64,000 bases of DNA from positions 18,637 through 82,636 of the forward strand of contig JBOFZL010000051.1 of assembly GCA_051655155.1 (NCBI GenBank), given 5' to 3'. Below the pieces are notes generated by a model, which searched no databases, was not told the DNA's origin, and saw nothing but the letters and a program-made list of their open reading frames with translations. The DNA comes from Filifactoraceae bacterium. GTDB lineage: Bacteria; Bacillota; Clostridia; Peptostreptococcales; Filifactoraceae. The position numbers and the translations under genes were made by a program. Numbering within the stretch: position 1 is the stretch's first letter; the number at the start of each line of letters is the position of its first letter. This document shows positions 38,186 through 48,151 of the stretch, one piece after another.

Positions 38186-38288
38186 AATTCTCCTTAATTT
38201 TAAAATGAAAGTTGAATAATTTTATCTATTTATATATAATATAACATACGGTAGTTTAAGACAAGCGAATATTAGTGAGGTTTAGGTT

Positions 38289-39038
38289 ATGAATAGTTAT
38301 TCGGTTTTATCTAAGATATATGATGAGTTAATGGAAAAGGTAGACTATAAAGATTGGGCAATGTTTATTCATGAAAGGTTAGAGCTTTCAGAGGCTAAGC
38401 CTATGCACCATATATTAGAATTAGGTTGTGGTACAGGAAATGTTACTAAGGAACTACTTAAGCTTGGATATGAGGTGGTGGGGGTAGATATTTCTCAAGA
38501 AATGCTAGAAGTAGCAGAAGAAAAGTTGGAGAAATATGGTGATAAAATAATTCTTATAAATCAGGATATATGTGAACTGGAATTTGATGTCTACGAAATC
38601 GATTCAGTAGTCTGTTGTAATGATACATTCAACTATATACTTGACGAAGTAAAGATAAAAGGACTATTAGAATATTTATATCCACGGATGAAAAATGGTG
38701 GAGTTCTAATCTTTGATATAAGTTCAGAGTATAAATTGGAGAAAATATTGGGAAATAACACCTTTGGAGAAAGTTTTGATGATATGGTGTATCTTTGGGG
38801 AAATTTTTATAATGAAGAAGAAAAAACGGTTTCTATGGATATTGACTTTTTTCTTAAAGATAAACAAAGCTACGAGAGATTTTCAGAATTTCATATTCAA
38901 AAAGCTCATTCAGATAAGACTTTAACAAATATCATTAAAGAGGCAGGGTTTAAAAATATCAGACTCTACGGAGATTTTTCCAGAGAGGAAGGTATAGAAG
39001 ATAAAACAGAGAGAATATTTTTTGTATGTGAGAAGTAG
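38289..39038 (+). CDS. class I SAM-dependent methyltransferase
   Basis: Motif I ILELGCGTGNVT and motif II VVGVDISQEML. Confidence 0.8.
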   Translation: MNSYSVLSKIYDELMEKVDYKDWAMFIHERLELSEAKPMHHILELGCGTGNVTKELLKLGYEVVGVDISQEMLEVAEEKLEKYGDKIILINQDICELEFDVYEIDSVVCCNDTFNYILDEVKIKGLLEYLYPRMKNGGVLIFDISSEYKLEKILGNNTFGESFDDMVYLWGNFYNEEEKTVSMDIDFFLKDKQSYERFSEFHIQKAHSDKTLTNIIKEAGFKNIRLYGDFSREEGIEDKTERIFFVCEK

Positions 39039-39047
39039 GAAGGTATA

Positions 39048-39599
39048 ATGAGAATAATAGCAGGAAAGTTAAGAGGGAAAGTTTTAAAATCTCCAAAAGA
39101 TGAAAAAGTAAGACCTACCCTAGATAGGGTTAAAGAGGCTGTTTTTAGTATGATTATGCCTTATTTGAGAGATGCTGAAATTTTAGATTTATTCGCAGGA
39201 AGTGGAGCTTTAGGGTTAGAGTCTTTATCTAGAGGTGCAAGGTTTACAACATTTGTAGACGTTAATAAGGATTCTATAATGCTAGTAAAAGATAATGTGA
39301 AGGTTTGCAATATGGAAGAAAGGTCTAGGGTTTTATTACTTGAAGCGAAAGATGCTTTAAGGGAAGCGGTAAGTAAGAATTGGAAGTTTGATATAATCTT
39401 CATGGATCCACCTTATGAGGGGGGGATTGCAAAAAAAGTTTTGCAAGAATTTGATTTTAATATTATAATGAATGAGAAAGGTATTGTCATTGTGGAAACA
39501 GACATCAAGGAATTGACAGATTCTGAAATTGGCAATTTAATGAAAACTAGAGAAAAGACCTATGGTCAAACGCGAATAAGCATATATGAAAGGAAGTAA
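39048..39599 (+). CDS. rsmD: 16S rRNA (guanine966-N2)-methyltransferase
   Basis: MRIIAGKLRGKVLKSP...RPTLDRVKEAVFSM...DLFAGSGALGLESLSRGA...DPPY. Sits next to coaD in the classic pairing. Confidence 0.9.
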   Translation: MRIIAGKLRGKVLKSPKDEKVRPTLDRVKEAVFSMIMPYLRDAEILDLFAGSGALGLESLSRGARFTTFVDVNKDSIMLVKDNVKVCNMEERSRVLLLEAKDALREAVSKNWKFDIIFMDPPYEGGIAKKVLQEFDFNIIMNEKGIVIVETDIKELTDSEIGNLMKTREKTYGQTRISIYERK

Positions 39600-39600
39600 G

Positions 39601-40101
39601 ATGAGAAAAGCGGTATATCCAGGAAGTTTTGATCCGTTGACATTGGGGCATTTAGATATTATAAAGCGTGCTTCTAAGCTTTTTGATGAAGTTACAGTTG
39701 CAGTATTAATAAATGAGAGAAAACAATCACTTTTTACAATTGAGGAAAGATTAGATATGATAAAAGAGGCTACAGAGCATTTACATAATGTTAAGGTTGA
39801 TAGTTTCTCAGGTCTTTTAGCAGAGTATTGTAAAGAGGATGGTATTATTTCTATTGTTAGGGGACTTAGAGCAGTAAGTGATTACGAGTATGAATTACAA
39901 ATGGCGCATATGAATCATAGCCTTAATAGTTCTGTAGATACTATTTTTTTGGCTACAGAGCCAAAATATTCATTTATAAGTTCATCTTTAGTTAAGGAGG
40001 TAATGAGGTTTGGGGGAGATACACTCCAATTTTTGCCTGTTTGTGTAAGTGAAAAATTAAAAAATAAATTTGCAAAGGAGAATGGTGATGGAAGTACTTA
40101 G
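39601..40101 (+). CDS. coaD: phosphopantetheine adenylyltransferase
   Basis: MRKAVYPGSFDPLTLGHLDII (T/HxGH motif) and ISSSLVKEV. Start moved to the ATG at 39601. Confidence 0.95.
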   Translation: MRKAVYPGSFDPLTLGHLDIIKRASKLFDEVTVAVLINERKQSLFTIEERLDMIKEATEHLHNVKVDSFSGLLAEYCKEDGIISIVRGLRAVSDYEYELQMAHMNHSLNSSVDTIFLATEPKYSFISSSLVKEVMRFGGDTLQFLPVCVSEKLKNKFAKENGDGST

Positions 40102-40585
40102 TATTTTAGACAAATTAGAGGAACTGATTGAAGGTTCATCAAAGCCGATGTTTGGGGGAAATGGAAAGATTATGATGGATAAGGAAGAGGCTTTGGAAAT
40201 CATCAGAGATATTAGGATAGGGCTTCCTGATGATTTTAAGCAGGCAGAATGGATAACTCAAGAAAGACAAAAGATTATTGATGATGCTAAAACTGAGGCA
40301 GAAACCATTGTTAAGAGTGCTAAATCTTATGCTAATGATCTTATTCAAGAGCACGCTATAACTCAAAGGGCAGAAGCTAGGGCAAAGGAAATTAATGAGC
40401 AGGCTGTGAAAGATGGTATAGAATTGAGAAATGGAGCTATAGAATATTCACAAGGAATAATTTCAAAGCTTTGCATGGATATAAAAGAGGTAGTAGATAA
40501 GATTGAAAAAAATCATAATGAGTTAAATGCATTGAAGGTTCCAACCAATGAAGAAGAAGGGTTTGAGGGTGAATTGGAGGTATAA
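40088..40585 (+). CDS. hypothetical coiled-coil protein (ATP-synthase-b/DivIVA-like heptad-rich)
   Basis: Start MEVLSILDKLEEL lies 7 nt after AAGGAG and overlaps the coaD 3' end by 14 nt. A Lys/Glu/Ala-rich helix spans the whole protein. No catalytic motif recognised. Confidence 0.6.
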   Translation: MEVLSILDKLEELIEGSSKPMFGGNGKIMMDKEEALEIIRDIRIGLPDDFKQAEWITQERQKIIDDAKTEAETIVKSAKSYANDLIQEHAITQRAEARAKEINEQAVKDGIELRNGAIEYSQGIISKLCMDIKEVVDKIEKNHNELNALKVPTNEEEGFEGELEV

Positions 40586-40586
40586 T

Positions 40587-40973
40587 ATGCAAAAATATTC
40601 TAGAAGAAAAGCATTTACTTTGATTGAGGTTGTTATAACCTTAATGATTATAGTTTTAATTGCATCTTTTGGAATATCTAAGTACTCAAAGGTACAAGAG
40701 GAGTCCAAGGTGAATATAGATGTTGCAGCAGCAAGGCAAATAGGAGATGCTGCTGAACTTGCTTTGATTAGTAATCCTAAATTGGATAGTAATACTATAG
40801 AAGATGAGGTAAAAACTAGAATTAAGATGTTGAAACCTGTTAGTAAAACTTATATGGATGACAAGTTTAATATTACAGTAGTAGACGGATCACCTAAAGT
40901 AACAGCCAATAAGTTGGAACTTTATCCTGAAGTTGAAAAGATAAAAGGCAAGGAAGAGGTAGCTAAAGATTAG
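40587..40973 (+). CDS. prepilin-type N-terminal cleavage/methylation domain protein (orphan pseudopilin-like)
   Basis: MQKYSRRKA-FTLIEVVITLMIIVLIASFG is a class III signal peptide with Glu+5. Position -1 is Ala instead of the usual Gly. GGAGG RBS; start moved to 40587. Confidence 0.7.
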   Translation: MQKYSRRKAFTLIEVVITLMIIVLIASFGISKYSKVQEESKVNIDVAAARQIGDAAELALISNPKLDSNTIEDEVKTRIKMLKPVSKTYMDDKFNITVVDGSPKVTANKLELYPEVEKIKGKEEVAKD

Positions 40974-41383
40974 AGTTTAATAAATAGTTGTGTAGTGAAT
41001 AAAATCTTCGCTCCACAACTATTTTTATGCCATTAATTTTAATAATATACTCAAATATAAATATAAAATAAAAGCAACCATAGCTTGGGTTTATGTTAAG
41101 AAGTAGAATTAGGGTTAGTCAAAATAATGAAAAATTAAATTTTTTGATAATAAATTATAGTACATATAATAAATATTGACAATTGAATAATTGGAAGGTT
41201 ATTAGAGGTTAATATTTATTTTATTTAAAATCATAAAATAATTTTATACATAAAAATTTCCATAAAACCTCTTTATTAAATTTAAGAATGATGTTATAAT
41301 AATATCAATAAATGGTTAAAAAAATAACTACATATATTATTTTATCTACCATTTAATTACTTATATTATAGGAGGAGTTATTT

Positions 41384-42667
41384 ATGCAAATTGAACACAT
41401 TCAAGTTATACTGTTACTAGCACTAGTTTTAGCGATTTTTATTGGATTTAAGTTCAATATTAACACAGGATTAGTTTCTATTGCTTTTGCTTTCGTGCTA
41501 GGTTTTTTTGTTTTTGAACCACTGGAAAAAAATCCAGAAACTTTAGTATCGTTGTCATCAGCAGCGGCTAAGTCGGTTACGCTCATAAAGGGTTGGCCGA
41601 ATAATTTGTTTTTTATTTTGTTGGGGATGACACTTCTTTTTAGTGTGGCGAAGGTTAATAATACTTTGGAACTTTTAGCAAGAAAGGTGGCTTACCTTAG
41701 TAAAGGGTGTAAAAAACTTCTTCCTGTTATCTTCTTTTTATTATCTATGATTTTAGCGGCTATTGGACCTGGAAATATTGCAGTTTGTGCATTATTGTTG
41801 CCTATAGCAATGGCTTTATCCAAGGAAGAAAAAATCAATCCATTATTAATGGCAGGGGTTACGATTGCAGGAGCAAACGCAGGAGGATTATCACCTATTT
41901 CTCCAACAGGTATAATTGCAATAAAATTAGCTAAAGATATTGGGTATGAAATTGGAAATCATGTTTTTATTCAAACTATTATAGCTCAAATAGTCTTGGC
42001 TGTTGTTTTGTACTTAGTATTAGGAGGATTGAAACTTAAAAATGATAGCTCTTTTTCTATGGAAAAGCCTGTAGGTTTTGATCGTAATCAAAAAATAACA
42101 CTTGGAGTTATTTTTGCTGTTGTTATTGGTATAGTGTTTATTAAGTGGAATGTAGGATTTGCTGGTTTTGTAGGGGCTTTTGTTTTATTGTTCCTTAAAG
42201 TTGCAGACGAAAAGAAAACGATTGCAGGTGTTCCATGGGCTACACTTATACTTGTTTGTGGAGTGGGTGTTCTAGTAAATGTTGTTAAGATTGGTGGAGG
42301 AATTGATCTTTTAACAGAGACTTTGGCAAAGTTCATGAATGAAAGAACTTCAGGAGCAATAATAACCTTAATGGGAGGTTTAATGTCATCTGTATCATCG
42401 GCTTCAGGAGTTGTTATGCCAACTCTTATACCTACAGTACCTGGACTTGTAAATGAATTGGGTGTTGATGGTAAAATGTTGATTACAGGAATAGTTTTGG
42501 GAGCTCACTTTGTAACAAATTCACCTTTATCTACTCTTGGAGCTCTTGCTATGGCATCTGCTGGAGAGAATATTGATAAGGCTAAATTCTTTAATCAATT
42601 GCTGATTTTAGGTTTTGGAGGAGTTTTATTTGGCGCTATTCTTGTTTTTGTAGGTATTGTAGGCTAG
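41384..42667 (+). CDS. ion-transporter-superfamily anion permease (ArsB/NhaD/CitMHS-like)
   Basis: 427 aa with about 11-12 TM. Two-fold internal repeat architecture with hairpin-like GPGNIAVCALLLP and SSASGVVMPTLIP segments. The family assignment is tentative. Confidence 0.6.
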   Translation: MQIEHIQVILLLALVLAIFIGFKFNINTGLVSIAFAFVLGFFVFEPLEKNPETLVSLSSAAAKSVTLIKGWPNNLFFILLGMTLLFSVAKVNNTLELLARKVAYLSKGCKKLLPVIFFLLSMILAAIGPGNIAVCALLLPIAMALSKEEKINPLLMAGVTIAGANAGGLSPISPTGIIAIKLAKDIGYEIGNHVFIQTIIAQIVLAVVLYLVLGGLKLKNDSSFSMEKPVGFDRNQKITLGVIFAVVIGIVFIKWNVGFAGFVGAFVLLFLKVADEKKTIAGVPWATLILVCGVGVLVNVVKIGGGIDLLTETLAKFMNERTSGAIITLMGGLMSSVSSASGVVMPTLIPTVPGLVNELGVDGKMLITGIVLGAHFVTNSPLSTLGALAMASAGENIDKAKFFNQLLILGFGGVLFGAILVFVGIVG

Positions 42668-42714
42668 ATAATAATAAATGTATTTGATTATATGTGCTTG
42701 AGAGGAGAGTCAAG

Positions 42715-44208
42715 ATGAATTCACAGAGATTAAGATGCAAGGCATTAGAATCTAAGGTTATGGAAGCATCAGAGGCAGCTAAGTTTATTAATGGAAAAGT
42801 TGTTATTGGTACTTCTGGGTTTACTCCTGCTGGTTATCCAAAGGCATTACCATTGGCACTAGCTGAGAGAAAAAAAGCAGGTGAAGATTTAGAGTTAACC
42901 ATAATTACAGGTGCGTCAGTGGGCCCTGAGATAGATAAGGAGTTGGTAGAGTCAGGAGCTATGAAACGTAGATACCCTTATCAAACTACTAATGCCAGCA
43001 GAAATGCTATAAACGATGGAAGTTTGGCTTATGCTGATATGCATTTAAGTCATGTGCCACAATGGGTTCAATATGGTTATTTTGGAAAGATGGACTTTGC
43101 TATTGTTGAGGCTATAGGAATAACAGAGGAAGGATATATAATTCCTTCAACATCTATTGGAAATTCAGCTACCTTTTTGCAATGTGCAGAAAGAATAATA
43201 GTTGAAATAAATACATCACAACCTATGGAGTTAGAAGGCGTACATGACGTATATCTTGTTGAAAGTCCACCAAATAGAAAAGCTATTCCTTTGGAGAAAG
43301 CTTCAGAGAGAATTGGAACTCCATATATCAAGTGTGATAAGGATAAGATTGTAGCTATAGTATTTACAGATATTGTTGATAAGACAAGGGATGTTGCACC
43401 TATTGATGAGGTTTCAAGAAAAATTTCAGAAAATCTAATTAGCTTTTTGGAGAAGGAGGTAAGCCTAGGAAGGTTGCCTAAGAATTTATTACCTCTTCAA
43501 TCTGGAGTAGGAAGTGTAGCTAATGCAGTTTTAGGAGGTCTTTGTAAGTCTAAATTTACTGATTTAGAGGTATATTCTGAAGTTTTACAAGATTCTGTAT
43601 TAGATTTGATAGATGAGGGGAAAGTTACCTTTGCCTCAGGAACCTCTATAACATTATCACCTAAGGCTTTGCCTGATTTTTATAAAAATATTGCCAGATA
43701 TAAGGATAAGATTGTGTTAAGGCCACAAGAAATCAGCAATAGTCCTGAGGTTGCTAAAAGGTTAGGAGTAATTTCTATTAATACTGCCATTGAGGTGGAT
43801 ATATATGGTAATGTAAATTCTACAAATATAATGGGAAGTAGAATGATGAATGGTATCGGGGGATCAGGAGATTTTACGAGAAATGCTTATTTATCAATTT
43901 TTACTACAGAGTCTATTGCAAAAGATGGAGATATTTCTTCGATAGTACCTATGGTTTCTCATCATGATCATACAGAGCATGATGTAATGGTTATAGTTAC
44001 AGAGCAAGGAGTTGCAGATCTTAGAGGTCTGTCTCCAAAAGAAAGAGCTTCATGCATAATAGAAAACTGTGCACATCCAGAGTATAAAGAGAAGTTGAAG
44101 GACTATTTTGAAAGAGCTTTAAATGGGAAGATGAAACATACACCTCACATAATTGATGAGGCTTTATCTTGGCATAAGAAGTTTTTAGAAACTGGAAGTA
44201 TGAGATAA
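42715..44208 (+). CDS. acetyl-CoA hydrolase/transferase family protein (succinyl-CoA:acetate CoA-transferase-like)
   Basis: About 497 aa with SGFTPAGYPKALP, LQSGVGSVANAVL and NGIGGSGDF motifs of the Ach1/Cat1/AarC family. Start moved to the ATG at 42715 (GAGAGGAGAG RBS). Confidence 0.85.
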   Translation: MNSQRLRCKALESKVMEASEAAKFINGKVVIGTSGFTPAGYPKALPLALAERKKAGEDLELTIITGASVGPEIDKELVESGAMKRRYPYQTTNASRNAINDGSLAYADMHLSHVPQWVQYGYFGKMDFAIVEAIGITEEGYIIPSTSIGNSATFLQCAERIIVEINTSQPMELEGVHDVYLVESPPNRKAIPLEKASERIGTPYIKCDKDKIVAIVFTDIVDKTRDVAPIDEVSRKISENLISFLEKEVSLGRLPKNLLPLQSGVGSVANAVLGGLCKSKFTDLEVYSEVLQDSVLDLIDEGKVTFASGTSITLSPKALPDFYKNIARYKDKIVLRPQEISNSPEVAKRLGVISINTAIEVDIYGNVNSTNIMGSRMMNGIGGSGDFTRNAYLSIFTTESIAKDGDISSIVPMVSHHDHTEHDVMVIVTEQGVADLRGLSPKERASCIIENCAHPEYKEKLKDYFERALNGKMKHTPHIIDEALSWHKKFLETGSMR

Positions 44209-44226
44209 TTCATATAGCATATAAAT

Positions 44227-44272
44227 AAAAATGATGCGCAGGTGGCTTAAAGCTTTCTGGCATCATTTTTTT
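44227..44272. terminator. bidirectional terminator (CoA-transferase / YihY)
   Basis: AAAAATGATGC...GCATCATTTTT outer stem with T and A runs on both sides. Confidence 0.6.
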
Positions 44273-45257
44273 AATTCTTTTTAGTTTCGTTATTTTTACT
44301 GTTTTTGCTGTATATACTGTAGTGATGAGGGCGTCCACTTATACCCTGGGTAAGACGTTGCCCTAGTTTAAGTTTTAGTTTATTGTTATTTTCTAGAATA
44401 TCATATTGGTAGATGCCAAGGTTATGTGTTTCTATAATATGATTAAGTTCAGCACCTAGAACTATTACTATTCCACTAGAGTAAAGCCAAATCATAAATA
44501 TTATAATTCCTCCAAGAGAACCATAAATAGAACTGTAATTTCCAAAGTTATTAACGTAGATGGAAAATATCATTGTCATTCCTAAGAAAGTTACTACGGA
44601 GAATATTGTTCCCGGAATCACTAATCTAAATTTACTTTTTTTACAAGGGAGGATATAATATATTACGCTCAATGTGGCTGATAAAATCAATATTACAAAA
44701 AGCCATCTGAGAGTATTCCAAGTACGGACGTAGTTTAAAGGAAGTTTTATGAAACCAAGAGTTTTTATTATAAACTCTTCTCCAAAGGTTAGAAAGACTA
44801 ATGAGATAATTATAGTTAATCCAAGTGTTAAGGTTATAATTATCGCTATTATTATTTTTTGCCAAAAAGGTGGGTGTATGTTGGTTTTATATGCTTTATT
44901 AATAGCATCTATTAATGCTAGTGAGGCTATTGATGATAGATATATTGTAGATATAAGACCAAAGGGCAAAATACCGCTTCCTGTATTATGTCTAATATAA
45001 GTTAAATAGTTACTCACTATTTCTATTATTTCTGGAGGCAAAAGTTCTTTTGCTTCCAAAAAGTTATTTGTAATAGGTATATTAAGTCGTGCTATTACAG
45101 CATTAACAACTATTAGAAATGGAAATACTGAAAGTATTGAAAAGTACGCAAATTGACCACCTATTTGACTGATTCTATCAGTTTCGTAACGTTGAATGAG
45201 AGCCTTTATTACATATATTGCTATAGTATCATTTTTTTTTGGTTTTATATTAAACAT
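44271..45257 (-). CDS. YihY/BrkB (formerly 'ribonuclease BN-like') family membrane protein
   Basis: 328 aa, 6 TM. GGQFAYFSILSVFPFLIV and GSLGGIIIFMIWLYSSGIVIVLGAELN are family hallmarks. Confidence 0.85.
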   Translation of the reverse strand: MFNIKPKKNDTIAIYVIKALIQRYETDRISQIGGQFAYFSILSVFPFLIVVNAVIARLNIPITNNFLEAKELLPPEIIEIVSNYLTYIRHNTGSGILPFGLISTIYLSSIASLALIDAINKAYKTNIHPPFWQKIIIAIIITLTLGLTIIISLVFLTFGEEFIIKTLGFIKLPLNYVRTWNTLRWLFVILILSATLSVIYYILPCKKSKFRLVIPGTIFSVVTFLGMTMIFSIYVNNFGNYSSIYGSLGGIIIFMIWLYSSGIVIVLGAELNHIIETHNLGIYQYDILENNNKLKLKLGQRLTQGISGRPHHYSIYSKNSKNNETKKN

Positions 45258-45280
45258 AATTGATTAACTCCATTTATATT

Positions 45281-47059
45281 TTAATCTTTTTTACACATAA
45301 GGCTTTGCACCAAGTTTTCATCAGGTTTTGCATATGTTGTATAATTAGTTTCGTATATGACAAAACCAGGTTTTGCTTTGTTTGGTTTTTTGATATTTTT
45401 TTTGCTTGTATAGTCTACAGGAACTTTATCGGAGTATCTTCCTTTGCTGTAATAAGCAGCAATTATCGCAGCTTCTCGAACGGTTTGATCAGGAATTTCT
45501 TCGAAAGAGCCTTTTATAATTACGTGTGAACCAGGCAGGTCTTTTGTATGCAACCATACATCTGTAGGTTCTGCTATCTGAAAGGTCAAGATATCATTTT
45601 GAGTATTGTTTTTTCCAACAAGTATGTGAACGCCGTCAGTTGATATAAACTCTAGAGGGCTTGATGGTTCAGAATGTTTTTTGGATTTTTTACCATCTAC
45701 GTTATGGTTGGAAAAGCCTTCTTTATAAAGTTCTCTTTTTATTTCATCAATCTCTTGAAGACTGTCAGAATTTGCAATAGAAAGAACAATGTTTTCTAAG
45801 TAATCAAGGTCTTCTTTTGTTGTTTTAATTTGGGCTGATAGCTCCTTTATTCTTTTTTTAGATTTAGTATATTTTTTAAAATAGACTTGTATATTTCCTG
45901 ATGGTGTAAGATGTTTTTCTAATTTTATTGTAATTTTAGATTGATCTTCACTAAAAAAATCTACTACGCTTACACTTTCCATTCCTTGTTTTACCATGTA
46001 AATATGTGAAGTTAGCAGGTCACCAATTTTTTTGAAGTTATCTAACTCAGATGCTTCTAACATTTCTTCTTGTTGCTTTTGATATTTGTTTTTTAGTCTA
46101 TCGAGTTTTATTTGAATTGATTTTCTTAAACCCTGTGTTTTTTGTTGGATTCTTTCTTTTGTATCTTTGGTTACATAATATTGTTCTGCCAGCTTGTTTA
46201 TATCTTCATTTTCCTGTATGTGAAATTCTTCCATATGACTTAGATAAATACTGCTAAATTCAATTACTTTTCCGCTTATTATATCTGTCACTATACATGG
46301 GCTAAAGGTATTTTTAAGTATATTTTCCTTAAGTCTTATTAACTGGCTATATATTTTTTCTATTTTTATAGTATCAAGGGTACTGGTGTTTTGGTCGTAA
46401 GGTATTCCTGAACGATAGGACAGTTCTTTTGCGACAATAGGGCTTATGCCTATGAAATTTTTGTATATACTTTTATAAAGTTGCTGTGGAGGGTGCTTTA
46501 GGATTTCGTTTAGGTTCTCCAGCTTAAAGTTTTCGAGAATACTTTTTTTGTTTTGGCTTGGAGGTAAATTGTAAGATTTATTAGGAAGCACTTCTCTCAC
46601 AGAACTTATTGTAAGAGGTATTCTTTTGATGGAGTCAATTATAATATTTGATGTTGTATCTACCAAAATTATATTTGAGTGCTTTCCCATTATTTCTATT
46701 ATAAGTTTTTTTTCTTTTAGAACTCTCATTTCATCATAGGAACATATGTTAATTTCTAGTATTCTCTCTAGGTCAATTTGATTTATGGATAATATTTTTC
46801 CACCACCAATATGTTTTCTTAGTATCATTAGGAATAAAGGTGCTTGTGAAGGGTTCTCTTTTTTATATTCTTCGTTAAGATATATTCTGGGATTTGAACT
46901 ATTAGCACTAAGTAATAGTTTATAATTTTGATGATTATTTCTTATGGTTAGAAGTATTTCATCTTTTTCTGCCTGGGATATTTTATCTATTTTTCCATCT
47001 TTAAGTTTGGTACTCAATTGGTTTTTTATTGCTTGAAGGGTTATTCCATCAAAGGCCAT
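45281..47059 (-). CDS. rqcH: ribosome quality-control protein RqcH (NFACT/FbpA family, Rqc2 homolog)
   Basis: 592 aa. N-terminal MAFDGITLQAIKNQL...KIDKISQAEKDEILLTIR, a middle coiled coil, and C-terminal NFACT-R WLHTKDLPGSHVII. Confidence 0.9.
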   Translation of the reverse strand: MAFDGITLQAIKNQLSTKLKDGKIDKISQAEKDEILLTIRNNHQNYKLLLSANSSNPRIYLNEEYKKENPSQAPLFLMILRKHIGGGKILSINQIDLERILEINICSYDEMRVLKEKKLIIEIMGKHSNIILVDTTSNIIIDSIKRIPLTISSVREVLPNKSYNLPPSQNKKSILENFKLENLNEILKHPPQQLYKSIYKNFIGISPIVAKELSYRSGIPYDQNTSTLDTIKIEKIYSQLIRLKENILKNTFSPCIVTDIISGKVIEFSSIYLSHMEEFHIQENEDINKLAEQYYVTKDTKERIQQKTQGLRKSIQIKLDRLKNKYQKQQEEMLEASELDNFKKIGDLLTSHIYMVKQGMESVSVVDFFSEDQSKITIKLEKHLTPSGNIQVYFKKYTKSKKRIKELSAQIKTTKEDLDYLENIVLSIANSDSLQEIDEIKRELYKEGFSNHNVDGKKSKKHSEPSSPLEFISTDGVHILVGKNNTQNDILTFQIAEPTDVWLHTKDLPGSHVIIKGSFEEIPDQTVREAAIIAAYYSKGRYSDKVPVDYTSKKNIKKPNKAKPGFVIYETNYTTYAKPDENLVQSLMCKKD

Positions 47060-47248
47060 ATTATTCTCCTTATTTATTTTTTGTTTTAATTGTAATGGTT
47101 AATGTTTTTAGTGTATAATTAATATAATAAACGAAAGAGTTAATTTGATTATTATTATAAAATTTTGAGTTTCGTTTAAACATAGTAATATAATACCATT
47201 AGTTTAGTAAAATTAATAGAGAAAGCTTGGAAGGAGGGGAGTTATTTT

Positions 47249-48136
47249 ATGACGATGAGTATGACTGGTTATGGTAGAGGAGAGTCTTTCGGAAGTAAAT
47301 ATAATTTTGTTGTGGAAGCAAAATCAGTAAATAACCGTTATTTAGAGATTTTTGTTAAACTTCCTAAGAATATTAACTATTTAGAGGAATATATAAGACA
47401 AACTTTAAAAACCTATGTTTCTAGGGGAAAGGTTGAGATTTTTGTTAAATTGAATATGTTAGGTTCCAGCGAATCGAAGGTAATGATCGATTCGAATCTT
47501 GTCATGAATTACAAGACTCTTCTTAGTCAGTTAGATGAAAGTCTTGAGTTTAGTAGTTCAGTAAGATCCATAGATATTTTAAGATTACCAGATGTATTAA
47601 AACTTACTGAGGCAGAGTTGGATGAGGGTGAGATTTTAAGCAGTCTTAACCAAGCTATGGAGCTTTGTTTTGAGTCACTAAAGAAGATGAGAGTTTTAGA
47701 GGGGGAGCAGTTAAAATCTGACATAACTTTGCGATGTGTTAATTTAAGTAAGTATATTGACCTTATTGAAGAAAAGGCGGAGCTTATAGAGCAGGAGCAA
47801 AGAGATAGGCTTGTGGTAAAGATGACTGATTTGCTAGGTAGATTTAGTGTTAGTGTTGATGAGCAGAGAATAGTTCAAGAAGCAGCTATTTTGGCAGATA
47901 AGTCTAATGTTACAGAAGAGTTGGTAAGGTTTAAAAGTCATATAGATCAGCTCATTGGAACTGTAAAGCTTGATAGTGAGCCGATAGGTAGAAAACTAGA
48001 TTTTATAATTCAAGAGATGAATAGGGAAGTTAATACTATTGGGTCAAAGTCTATTAATATGGAAATTACAGATTATGTGATAGAGCTTAAGAGTGAACTT
48101 GAGAAGATAAGAGAGCAAATTCAGAATTTAGAATAA
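47249..48136 (+). CDS. yicC: YicC/YloC family stress-induced endoribonuclease-like protein
   Basis: SMTGYGRG N-terminus and C-terminal GRKLDFIIQEMNREVNTIGSKS motif. Confidence 0.9.
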   Translation: MTMSMTGYGRGESFGSKYNFVVEAKSVNNRYLEIFVKLPKNINYLEEYIRQTLKTYVSRGKVEIFVKLNMLGSSESKVMIDSNLVMNYKTLLSQLDESLEFSSSVRSIDILRLPDVLKLTEAELDEGEILSSLNQAMELCFESLKKMRVLEGEQLKSDITLRCVNLSKYIDLIEEKAELIEQEQRDRLVVKMTDLLGRFSVSVDEQRIVQEAAILADKSNVTEELVRFKSHIDQLIGTVKLDSEPIGRKLDFIIQEMNREVNTIGSKSINMEITDYVIELKSELEKIREQIQNLE

Positions 48137-48151
48137 TTTGGAGGGTTTTGT

